Origin: Octopus bimaculoides
Lineage: Eukaryota
Assembly: GCF_001194135.2 (NCBI RefSeq)
Contig: NC_068985.1
Span: forward strand, 86,814,056-86,849,994
Length of the DNA stretch: 35,939 bases
Reading direction: 5' to 3'
This document shows positions 24,592-34,592 of the stretch, piece by piece (position 1 is the first letter of the stretch; each line of letters begins with the position of its first letter). A model generated the notes under the pieces. That model had not been told where the DNA came from and ran no database searches. It saw only the letters and a program-made list of their open reading frames with translations. The translations under genes were made by a program, and so were the position numbers.

Positions 24592-24858
24592 CTGCAGAAG
24601 AAAAATGAATCAAAACAAAAAAAAAAGTAATAATAAAGCAAAAGAACAAAATGTCACCAGTTTTAGGTTTTTGTTGTCTTTTACACATCATTTATCAAAT
24701 GTTGATAGAAGAGAGACAATGTATTGAGTGACTAAAATAGGGGTTTTAGTTCCTCTCACTTGAGACTCAAAACACATGGACTAAACATATTTATCAGGAC
24801 AGTTTTTTGAAGGGGCGGGATGTGTTAGCTATGTCTAATATAAAAACAGATGCAGTGT

Positions 24859-25420
24859 CTATAGAAACAGAAAGAAAACACCAAGTGCTCCATTTCTCAT
24901 CCGGCTGCAATCATCTGCTGAGTGCCGCACTTCACCAAGATTTCGGCCCATTATGCTCAGTATCCCTCCACACAGTGAGCCTGTAACAGCTGGACGTATT
25001 GCATTGCAACCAGACTCATGCCAGTTCTGTGGTCTTATATGCTTCATAAACCTCCTGGTAATCCAAGCACTACCCTCAACTGCTTTCTCCCCATATTCCT
25101 CGATGGTCCTCCTCACAGCAGACACACCAGCCACCTTCAGAAACCTTCTGAGAGAAGCTGCTTGGAAACTTCTGCAGCTGACTTTGAATGCAACCAGCTC
25201 ACAGATGTAACCCTTCTCCTGAATCTCAGCTACCAGCTCTTCATAGCCCAACAGCTTTCGTTCATGGGCCTCAGCAATGCTCTCCTCCCATCGCACAGTC
25301 AGCTCCCCAAGGACCACACATCTCTGACCCTCATCTACCAAAACCAGGTTGCACCGGAGTGCTGACACCACAATGCTTTCAGGTAATGGCTTTCCCACGA
25401 ACACCTCCCATTTTCTGTCT
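24859..25420 (-). mobile_element. Non-LTR retrotransposon fragment: restriction-like endonuclease domain (R2/HERO/NeSL-type)
   Basis: LPESIVVSALRCNLVLVDEGQRCVVLGELTVRWEESIAEAHERKLLGYEEL..VSCRSF matches LRPD.VL....K....ELTVPWEE...EAHERK..KY..VGCRGF. Catalytic PD appears mutated to CN. Confidence 0.8.
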
Positions 25421-25584
25421 TCTAACTTAAAAGCCAGCCTGATAGGACAGCTTTTAAGTTAGTCTATATCTTTTAAGCAACTGATCCTGAATGGTAAGAT
25501 CTACAAACAGATCTCTGACTTGTTCTGGGGAATACGCTGCAATTGTTTCCTCCAGAGTCCTATTCCAATGATGACCATATTCAT

Positions 25585-25797
25585 TGCAAAACCCTGTAAA
25601 GGGGTTGGTATTGGGAAGGGCATCCAGCTGTAGAAACTATGCCGAAACAAACAGATAAACCGTGATGCAGCTCTCCAGTCATGCCAGTTCCTGTCAAGCT
25701 GTCCTGCCCACGCCAGCATGGAAAACAGTCAATAAATGATGATGCTGTTGATGATGATGACGATGATGATGATGATGACGATGATGATGATGATGAC

Positions 25798-25866
<69 letters not shown>

Positions 25867-25868
25867 AA
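25585..25868 (+). mobile_element. SINE-like family A copy with expanded (GAT)n tail
   Basis: ttgggaagggcatccagctgtagaaact..ccagcatggaaaacag, followed by ~130 bp of (GAT)n. Confidence 0.7.
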
Positions 25869-25919
25869 TGTTTGTTGCTGTTGTTGTTTCTCATGCATTT
25901 TGTATTTTGTATTTTATAA

Positions 25920-26167
25920 TTTACTTCTTATTTTTCCCAACCAATTCAATGTAAAGCCTCAGAGATTTTATAATTTATGTGTTTAATATCCTGATGTCCC
26001 TCACAAGTGCAGCCGATAAAGAAACAATATTTTGTGACACAAAGAAAGACATACACCAAGAATCGTTCTTCATATATTTTTTGCCAGATCAGAAGACAAA
26101 CATCAGAGGAACATTACAAATAACGAAATCGTTAGCAAATGATCAGATATTGTTTTCATATAACATT
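25920..26167 (-). pseudogene. Exon remnant: AAA1 Walker B region
   Basis: FANDFVICNVPLMFVF*SGKKYMKNDSWCMSFFVSQNIVSLSAALVRDIRIL aligns with LA..CVVFNC......MG..F.G....GAW.CFDEFNRI...VLS.VA.QI..I. The Walker B DE residues are not present. Confidence 0.65.
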
Positions 26168-26399
26168 CTACAAATGACTAACATTCAGTCTTAGGATGTT
26201 GTTATTCATTTTGCTGATTTTTGTTGTTGTTGTTGTTGTTCTTCTTCTTCTTCTTCTTCTTTTTATTATTATTATTATCATCATTATTATTATTATTATT
26301 GTTATTGTTATTGTTGTTATCATCATCATCATCATCATTATTAGTAGTAGTTGTAGTAGTAGTTGTAGTATTAAGAACACTGTGATGTTAGAGAAGACT

Positions 26400-27060
26400 G
26401 GGTCTTTTGGTTTATTTACATCAGACTCTTTGCCGTTTCATTTGAAGAACTTTAACCATGGCTGGAGACACAAGAGTAAAACAGAAACCTTTCGATGAAG
26501 GAGCATTTTTGTGGCTGATTGGTCCACTAGAAATAGCAGTGAAATTTGTTTGGATACACCCAGTGGTATCAGTGATGGTATGGGATCTTTTTCTTGTCTG
26601 AAAAATTCAGTTTCCTCTTGACTGAGTGCTTCTCCGTTGCTGGTGGCATCGATGACTGAGAAAGTCATATCTCTACAAAAGAAACCCCCAAAAAGACAGA
26701 TGGAAATAAAGATGGCAAGGAAGAGATTGTTTTGTTGTTGCTGTATTCAGCTCTCTTTACATTTTTCTTCAACCTCTCGTTTTCCTTTTGACTTCAAAAA
26801 AATGCAGTTCCAATGCTGCTAAAAGTTGTAACAGTCGTTGACCTCAATTCCTCACATTTTCATCACAATTCTAGTCATTTTGACGATTGACATCAGTTCA
26901 TATTTGTAATGGTTTGGTAAGGGAGTCACTTTTCTTTCATTCTATCCTTGTCCTACTAAAAGAGGTATATACACATGGAACAATGTATTGTCTGATATAC
27001 ACAACCTTGAATGGTCGTAGATGAGCTCAGTCATGGCAGTTCTAGCAATAAATTCCAACA
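26400..27060 (-). pseudogene. Exon remnant(s): linker end and approach to AAA1
   Basis: YELMSIVKMTRIVMKM*GIEVNDCYNF*QHW resembles LI..DVH.RD.V..L....V....DF.W..QLRYYW. Downstream LFLAIFISICLFGGF may correspond to the pre-P-loop segment. No GKT motif. Confidence 0.5.
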
Positions 27061-27111
27061 ACTACACTATCAGCAACAACAGGTACAATACTGCCCACAT
27101 CTACAACAGCA

Positions 27112-27525
27112 CTTTTTGGAGCCATGTAAAAAGCACCAGTGGTGGTGCCATGCAAAAAAGCACTGGTGCAGGTGCCACGTAAAAGGCACCCAGTACACTC
27201 TGTAAAGTGGTCGGCATTAAGAAGGTAAACCAGCTGCAGAAACCTTGCCAAAACCAACAATGGAACCTTGAGCAGTCCTTGGCCTTGCCAGTTCTTGTCA
27301 AACTGTCCGACCTATGCTAGCATGGCAAACGGATGTTAAATTATGATGATGATGATGATGATAATGATGACGATGACGATGATGATGACAATGATGATGA
27401 TGATGACAATGATGATGATGACAATGATGATGACGATGATGACGACAATGATGATGATGATGACAATGATGATGATGATGATAATGATGATGATGATGAC
27501 GACGATGATGATGATGATGATGATG
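27112..27525 (+). mobile_element. SINE-like family A copy with expanded (GAT/GAC)n tail
   Basis: ccacgtaaaaggcacccagtacactctg..atgctagcatggcaaacggatgttaaa, followed by ~180 bp of GAT/GAC/AAT triplets. Confidence 0.7.
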
Positions 27526-27749
27526 CCTACCTAAGAAAGCTAATGCTTCAAATGAAAGTCATCAAACACTTCAGCTGACTGATTTATGGTTAATAGGTTT
27601 TCGCTTGTCGTTGTAAAGGTAATACAGTTTGAAATTGGATTGTGAGGGAAGGAATTTTGCAACGAAGCATGAAATCTTTACCCAAGAATACATATAATGC
27701 AATATTTGAATCACTAATACCACAAATATTCTTTTTATTGAGTTATAGT

Positions 27750-27930
27750 TCTCTGGTCAAAGATTTCATGGCTAATTAACAAATTACTTTTTCTCTACAA
27801 TTATCTCACAAAGTTTCAATGTTTATAACTTCCAATAGATTATCAGAAGAATTGAGGTAATCACCCACTGTATAAATCAATCCCATTTTATATGTTTCAC
27901 CCCCTTAAGGAGCTAATTATTGCTTCCTAA
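27750..27930 (-). pseudogene. Possible exon remnant: linker
   Basis: EAIISS /frameshift/ GGETYKM..LAMKSLTREL resembles M.S.EGE.V.....VE..MK.SL. Confidence 0.35.
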
Positions 27931-28162
27931 ATGGTTAGGTTTGGCAGGAATCTAAAATCATCAAGCTAAATAAATTACAAGATTTATTCCATATAAACAA
28001 AAATGATAACTTATATTTCTTTGGAATTAGCCAAAATAATTTGTAGAAATATTGAATCAAATACTTTCATCGGTTCCATTCAGAAATAATGAATTCAATT
28101 AATCAGTTTCATGAAAGATTTTCTATATAGGAATGGTAAAACCTCAAAGACATAGGTTAATG

Positions 28163-28345
28163 CTATAAACTGTTAAATGATGACACTTTAACAGAGTCAG
28201 TCAATAGATATTTCATGACGGAATTAATAATCAGATATAAATTAATACCTTTTCTAAAAGTATTAGCTGTCAATAGAAGTGATGGAATTTCCCTAAATGT
28301 TTCTAAAATCTGAATAATTTCAGCCAAAATATAGAAAGAAGATTG
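28163..28345 (-). pseudogene. Exon remnant: linker FPRFYFL motif
   Basis: SSFYILAEIIQILETFREIPSLLLTANTFRKGINLYL matches PRFYFLS..ELLEIL.....P..V..HL.K.FEGI..L.F. Confidence 0.7.
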
Positions 28346-28399
28346 TTAAGTTATATAATCATTTAAAGCATTGTGTTTGTGATAATGGGAGGAGGATGC

Positions 28400-28830
28400 T
28401 AATGAGAGAGAAAGAGGGGGGACGGGGGAAAGATAGGGAGATTGAAAGAGAGAGAGGGTGAGGGTGAGGGAGAGAGGAGATGGGGAGAAGGGAGAGGGAG
28501 AGAGGAGAGGGGGAGAAGGGAGAGGGGGAGAGGAGAGGGGATGAAGGGGAGAAAGGAGGGAGAGTGAGCTGGAGAGAGAGGAGGTGTGAGGGAGGGGAGA
28601 TGGAAAGNNNNNNNNNNAGAGAAAGAGAGAGAGAGACGGGAGAGAGGGAGAAGGAGAAGGAGAGAGAGAGGGCAGAGAGAGAAAGAGAGAGAGAGACGGG
28701 AGAGAGGGAGAAGGAGAAGGAGAGAGAGAGGGCAGAGAGAGAAAGAGAGAGAGAGATGGGAGAGAGGGAGAAGGAGAAGGAGAGAGAGAGGGCAGAGAGA
28801 GAAAGATAGAGAAAGAGAAGGAAACAGACA
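28400..28830. repeat. GA-rich tract with 60-bp minisatellite (3 copies at ~28618-28800)
   Basis: Unit agagagaaagagagagagagacgggagagagggagaaggagaaggagagagagagggcag is repeated in tandem. Confidence 0.9.
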
Positions 28831-29339
28831 TAAAAAGGAGATCTGAGATATAATATTTAAATCAGATTCATAAAGATTAATTTCACCAGCAAAACAGAAG
28901 GCTGAATCTGTTTGTTAGTTTGGGGATTGTTTCCGCCCCCACTCTTTGGTTGCATGTTTGTCATCCTCTTTAGAAAGAGAATGCTTCCAATCCTCTTCAA
29001 GTAATACATTTGTGAGCTAAAAGAGTTGCAGCATTTCGTCTGTCTATACATTTAGAGTTCAAATGCTGCCAAGGCAGACTTTGCATTTCATTCTATTGGG
29101 ATCAATAAAATAAGTACCAGTGAAGTACTGGGTCGATGTAATCGACTTACCCCCTCCCACGGAACCATTAGCCAAAGTTTGAAATCCTTATTTTCTAAGA
29201 CATTACAATGCCCTAAAACACATCCAACCCATGCCAGCATGGAAAATGGACATTAAATGATGATGATGATAAATGTATGTGAACCCGACAGAGTGTAAGT
29301 ATCTTCAGAGAAAAGTTGAACCAAAGAAGCATCAGTTAT

Positions 29340-29505
29340 GGTGTGCAAGAGAGACAATTGTGCTGGTATAGACATATGCCGAGAATGGATGAGGATAGTT
29401 GTGTGAAAAAGTTCCACAGCCTAGCGGTGGAGAATAATAATTCAAACTCAAATATTTTCTCACACCATCTCTGATGAAGGGATATCCATAATATCCCAGA
29501 AACAG
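29340..29505 (-). pseudogene. Exon remnant: linker (DHC_N2)
   Basis: Acceptor tcttacag|. VSGILWISLHQRWCEKIFEFELLFSTARLWNFF matches L..W..VQ..W.YLE.IF...QLP.E...F. Confidence 0.6.
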
Positions 29506-29793
29506 CTGTAAGACTATTTCATTATAAATGTCCTGAAAACTCTTCACAGCCTTGGCTTTGTTATCTCATCTTGTCTAATATATATATATATATATATATA
29601 NNNNNNNNNNNNNNNNNNNNNNNNNNNNNNNNNNNNNNNNNNNNNNNTATGCATGTAAGTAAAGGACCCACATTAGACTCTTCACTCGTAACATTATTGA
29701 GCCAAGAGTTTAACTACAGTCTGTCCATAACACTTACTTAGTGTCACCTGACACTTTTTGGGTCTTCTAGATACCAATACCTCTCATATACAC

Positions 29794-29850
<57 letters not shown>

Positions 29851-30119
29851 CTGCACTGGTCTACAGTTTGAACCTGAGATCATTTGACTGCTGCTGTGTT
29901 GTTTATTGTTTGTTATTGTTGCTGTTGTTGTACAAGTTTAGTCTCTACAGAACAAGACATAAAGACAAAAAAATACCAGCAAACAAAGGTTAATTTATAA
30001 ACTTAATCCAACTTTTGCCATTAGAGAACAAATGATATTAAATGAAGAGATGAGAATATTTCCTGATAAGAATAATGTTCTTTTGCACGGTGTCATTGCA
30101 TAGGAAAAAATTTAATATA

Positions 30120-30420
30120 TTGTAACGGATATCTCCATGAGATATTTAGTGTTATCATACAGATCAATGATTGCTTGGAATAATCTTGCTTAGTTTACCA
30201 AATGTTCCAGTCAACTAGCTAGCTCCAATATAAATTGTCCATCTACAACAACGTGATCTCGTACTATATTACATAGATAATGTAATTCCTCTGCATTTAA
30301 TTTCATATTAGAAATGAAAACTTGAAATCTCCGTGAATTTTTGTTTTAGTTTTGGGACAACATCATTGTTCTTGCTTCGTCTGTCAATGAATGTTGTATC
30401 TTTTAAGTAATCACAAAACA
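30120..30420 (-). pseudogene. Possible exon remnant: linker (DHC_N2)
   Basis: KQKFTGDFKFSF /frameshift/ NAEELHYLCNIVRDHVVVDGQF..LVN*ARL resembles W....F.F..Y...IL...DEI...LDDH.V..Q.M..W...L. Confidence 0.45.
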
Positions 30421-30705
30421 TAGGACGTATTTTTTTTATGTAGCCGTGGAGAGTGCAAGAATGGCTGTGTGGTTAAAAAGCTCACTTTGCAACCATATGG
30501 CTTCAGGTTCAGCACATTGAGCAGAGTGGAGAAAATCAGCAAGAAACTGTAAAAGACCCGTTGTGTGTGTGTGTGTGTGCATGTGCATTGTGTGTGCATG
30601 TGTATGTGTGTGTGTGTGTGTGTGTGTGCATGCCTGTGTGCATGTGTGTGTCTGCATGTTTTTGCCATCTTGTTTTAACAGAATGCACTAATTATTAAAA
30701 AAATA

Positions 30706-31040
30706 GGCGCAGGAGTGGCTCTGTGGTAAGTAGCTTGCTTCCCAACCACATGGTTCTGTGTTCAGTCTCACTGCGTGGCACCTTGGGCAAGTGTCTTTTA
30801 CTATAGCCACAGGCGGACCAAAGCCTTGTGAGTGGATTTGGTAGATGGAAAGTGAAAGAACCCGTTCGTANNNNNNNNNNNNNNNNNNNNNNNNNNNNNN
30901 NNNNNNNNNNNNNNNNNNNNNNNNNNNNNNNNNNNNNNNNNNNNNNNNNNNNNNNNNNNNNNNNNNNNNNNNNNNNNNNNNNNNNNNNNNNNNNNNNNNN
31001 NNNNNNNNNNNNNNNNNNNNNNNNNNNNNNNNNNNNNNNN

Positions 31041-31106
<66 letters not shown>

Positions 31107-31328
31107 ATATATGTTTGTGTGTCTGTTTGTCCCCTCAACATCACTTGACGACTGATGGTGGTGTGTTTACGTCCCTGTAACTTAACGGTTCAGCAAAAGA
31201 GACAGATAGAATAAGTACTAGGCTTACAAAGAAGAAGTCCTGGGGTCGATTTGCTCGACTAAAGGTGCTGCTCCAACATGGTCACAGTCAAATGACTGAA
31301 ACAAGTAAAGAATAAAGAGTAAAAGAGT
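30706..31328 (+). mobile_element. tRNA-derived SINE family B, near full length with internal gap
   Basis: tRNA-like head ggcgcaggagtggctctgtggtaag..ggttctgtgttcagtctc (A/B-box-like), central TA/TG microsatellite (partly N), 3' part ending gactgaaacaagtaaagaataaagag. Confidence 0.8.
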
Positions 31329-31776
31329 GCAATGCAAACAGTGTCAAGAATGTGCAATCTTCCATGAAAATATGACTGGCCATTGAGCTGTTTGTGCTCA
31401 GAGGATTATGGGAAATATTACCTTGCTTGATTGCAGGTGAGGGTTAGCAACAGGAGGAGCATCCAGCCATGGAAACCCTGCATGAAATAATTTCATCTTA
31501 CCATGCAAACAAGGAAAAATAAATACCACAACAACAACAACAGTTATGAAGATGCCTGTGGGTTGGGTGGGATGACAGTGATGATGACAGTAGATGGCTA
31601 GGACAATGTGAGTGATGTTGATGATGATGGTGGTTTTGGTGGTAGTGGTTGTGGTGATAGTACGGATGATGCTAACGACATCAATGACGATGAGGAGCAT
31701 GTGGTTGTTCTTGTTCTTGTGGTTATTGTAGTCTAAGATACAATATACTTCATTGATAATAATAATAATAATAATG

Positions 31777-31813
<37 letters not shown>

Positions 31814-31889
31814 CAACAACAACAACAATGAATTGAAATGAGTGGGGGGGCGTTAGCAAATGATAATGATGATGCTTCTAAATTATTTA

Positions 31890-32180
31890 CATACTGCATA
31901 ATAAATATTTCAATGTTGCACTTTGCTAATTCTGTTGGCTACAGATGGCAACAAATAATGTCATAGAATTTAACTTTCTGAGGCAAATATTGAAGCATAA
32001 AAATGTCGCTATTAAGGTTTATATTCTATTATAGTTTGCAGAAACTTTCAGAAAATATTTCCCATTTTGTTAGTTCAACGTTTGTTTGACATTTATTTCG
32101 ATGTTAATGTTGACTGTTTGGTCATCGTATTCCACAAATATTCCAACGTCATCTTCAATAGCTTTGATCATCTGCAACAG
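31890..32180 (-). pseudogene. Possible exon remnant: start of linker (DHC_N2)
   Basis: Strong polypyrimidine acceptor ..ttttaccaaag|. LLQMIKAIEDDVGIFVEY /frameshift/ NVELTKWEIFSE resembles I..F...LPLI..L.NP.LR.RHW..IS. Confidence 0.45.
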
Positions 32181-33589
32181 CTTTGGTAAAAAGAAAACAG
32201 AAAAAATATTTTAAAAAAAAGCAAAACACCAAAATAAAAAACTTAGCCATTCGGTAATTTCATTCAGGGAAACATTATTGATAATATTAAAGGAAGAATT
32301 TCTTTGTTAATTGACAGATGTGATGTAGCGATAAGATTACTGTCAATGGTATTTTCCATGCAGGTGTGGCTGTGTGGGTTAGATGTCCTCTTTTGAATCA
32401 TGAGGTCTGTGGTTCACACCCAACACTAGGATGCTGCCAGTTAGTGTTGTCTATTATAGCAGCCACAAGGTGATGAATATATCGTAATTTGGAAGACAAA
32501 AACTGGAAGTCATTAAAGTGCAGCCATGCTGGAGCATCACCGGAAAGAATTCTAGTCAAACAAATCGATCCGAAGACTTTTCTTTTTAAAGCCTCGTACT
32601 TATTCTGCTGGTCTCTTTTGCTGAACTTTTGAGTTATGGGGATGTAACCGCCCCCATCCCAACACACATATGCACACACACATGAATGCATGAACCCATT
32701 CACACACACACACAAGATGGACTTCTCTCAGTTTCTGTGTACCTAACCTACTCACAATGTCTTTGTTAGCCTGAAGCTATAGTTGAAGACACCTGCCCAA
32801 GGTGCCTCACATTGGAACTGAACCTGGAACCATGTGGATTGGAAGCAAACCACATGGTCCATACCGAACAGCCAACAAATCCCTGTTATTTTGGTGGGAT
32901 TTAGTTTGGGGAGACAGACCCTAGCCTATGCTTTTGTAGGCCCTCGGAGACTTGTCACATTTGATATTGGTTGCTGAATAGAATGATGACAAAGTGCTTA
33001 AAGAAATATTTTGTTTCCAGTCACTGAACAGGACCTCAACTGAAGAATATCTTTGTTTGAAAATATTTACATAAAGCCAAATAAATCATTACAAAGAAAT
33101 CAGTCCTGGATTATCGACAAAATATCTTCAATGTTTTGAACCCAACAAATCGTTCTAGTGCAATTCTAAGATAAAGTCATAGCATTCATATCTAAGTCAC
33201 ACTTTCAGCAAAGTTTCGATTTCCTTAATTTTCAATTTTTACAAATGAATGATAACGTTAATGTAACCAAGAAGAGTCTAGAATAATCACTCATTATATT
33301 AAACGAGGCAAATTATATTAAACGAGGCAATGCATACATGTATTAATATATTTATATAAATGTATACACACACACATATATATTTGCCATGATAGATCGC
33401 TTGCCACTAAACCTGTTTTATTTTCTCTCCCTGTTTATTTCTGTGTTCCTTTCTGTTGAAGAGCATAGGCTCAAAACATAAAAGACTTTCTCACTTCCCG
33501 AGTGTTCCCGAGGTCTTTATAGTGATGATTGTTTACTTTACCCCCAAAACGTTTCCAATCAAAAAATACAGAAGGTTAAGAATAGATTA

Positions 33590-34530
33590 GTTATGTTTTT
33601 TCGTAGAATGGGCTTTCACATCGTTTTTGATGATGAGATAACTAAAGCTAACTTCTTCGATATTACACTTAATTTGCACAATAACTCATACCTCCCATAC
33701 CACAAACCATCCACCAATGTCAAGTATATTAGTCCAACCAGTAATCACGCTAGGGCAATTACTAAGAATTTAGTTTTAAATATTTCAGTTAGATTGTCTA
33801 AACTATCCGCCAATATTAACATTTTTAATGACAAGGCAGAATTTCATAACTCTGTCATAGTTAAAGCAGAGTATAAAGAAAAAGTTATCTACATTGATTC
33901 TGTTCAATTTTTCATCTCCTATTCGAGTCAAGAAATCTAGTTGTAATAAGAAGAGAGATTTTAATTCTAATATGGACAACAACACAAAACATGATAAAAT
34001 TATTTTACAGTGGAAGGGTGGCAACCGTTATTTAAGCCCATTTTTTTCAATCTAGAGGTCATTCATCGTTCTTTAGAGATAGTACCATTTACAATTCCAT
34101 TGGTGCTAGCAAAACTATTTGGTTTGTTATTCTGTATGGAACGCAAATTATATTTAATCTTCCTGTGAAGTGGTTAGTAAGTACTTTCCCAAAAATTCTG
34201 GATATTATTCCATTATTAATTCTCATATAGTTAGACTTGCCTTGTCCAACACAAAGAATCTTTCACAATTTATATCTTCTCATGATACCAGTCTGATAAA
34301 TAAAAGTTCATTTACGGAGAGTTCCAACATTGGAATAAAACCAATGTTGTCTTTGAAACATATGTCGAAAAAAGAATTTGAATAACATCTGCATTCAACT
34401 CCATTAATTTACTTTTACTGCACAAATTACTGCTCATTATCCCGAAGTTTCTACTTTCATCCTTGTTACTTGCGTGAATTTTGTTACCCTGGTAACTGTT
34501 TATGGAATTTTGCGTGTTAACTGTAAACAA
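33590..34530 (+). mobile_element. Penelope-like element fragment (RT C-terminus and linker)
   Basis: NFFDITLNLHNNSYLPYHKPSTNVKYISPTSNHARAITKNLVLNISVRLSKLS, then KYFPKNSGYYSIINSHIVRLALSNTKNLSQFISSHD, then a Cys cluster CYLREFCYPGNCL. Matches the PLE thumb/linker upstream of GIY-YIG. Frameshifted. Confidence 0.8.
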
Positions 34531-34548
34531 AGGATAATTCATTCATCC

Positions 34549-34592
<44 letters not shown>

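Larger units (their letters stand above)
615..32180 (-). pseudogene. Decayed intron-containing dynein heavy chain-like gene (possibly DNHD1-like), linker through start of AAA5; probably extends beyond the window
   Basis: About 18 minus-strand segments translate to dynein-like motifs in collinear order (linker FYIL..IIQIL, AAA1 QHYD, AAA2, AAA3, AAA4 GCVPGL..RDE, stalk KWFEA..YKGEF). Many in-frame stops and frameshifts. Several retained AG/GT splice sites. Confidence 0.85.

Noticed and set aside
24422-24727. Plus-strand ORF after a long polypyrimidine tract, resembling a terminal exon
   Set aside because: The tract is the reverse complement of an A-rich minus-strand stretch, the peptide has no recognisable homology, and no partner exons were found.
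30706-30790. tRNA-like sequences (also ~20420-20499)
   Set aside because: They are heads of multi-copy SINEs that continue into SINE bodies, with no proper cloverleaf or acceptor stem, so not tRNA genes.
615-32180. Rescue of the dynein-like gene's stop codons by cephalopod A-to-I editing (TAG/TGA/TAA to TGG)
   Set aside because: A few stops fall where Trp is plausible (NF*Q, IW*H, VN*A), but G-to-A decay of TGG is the ordinary mutational route. Editing cannot fix frameshifts, exonic microsatellites or stops at non-Trp positions.
32950-33170. Possible further upstream dynein tail exon (FIWLYVNIFKQ..SDWKQ)
   Set aside because: Position and strand fit, but the motif similarity is too weak to support without alignment.
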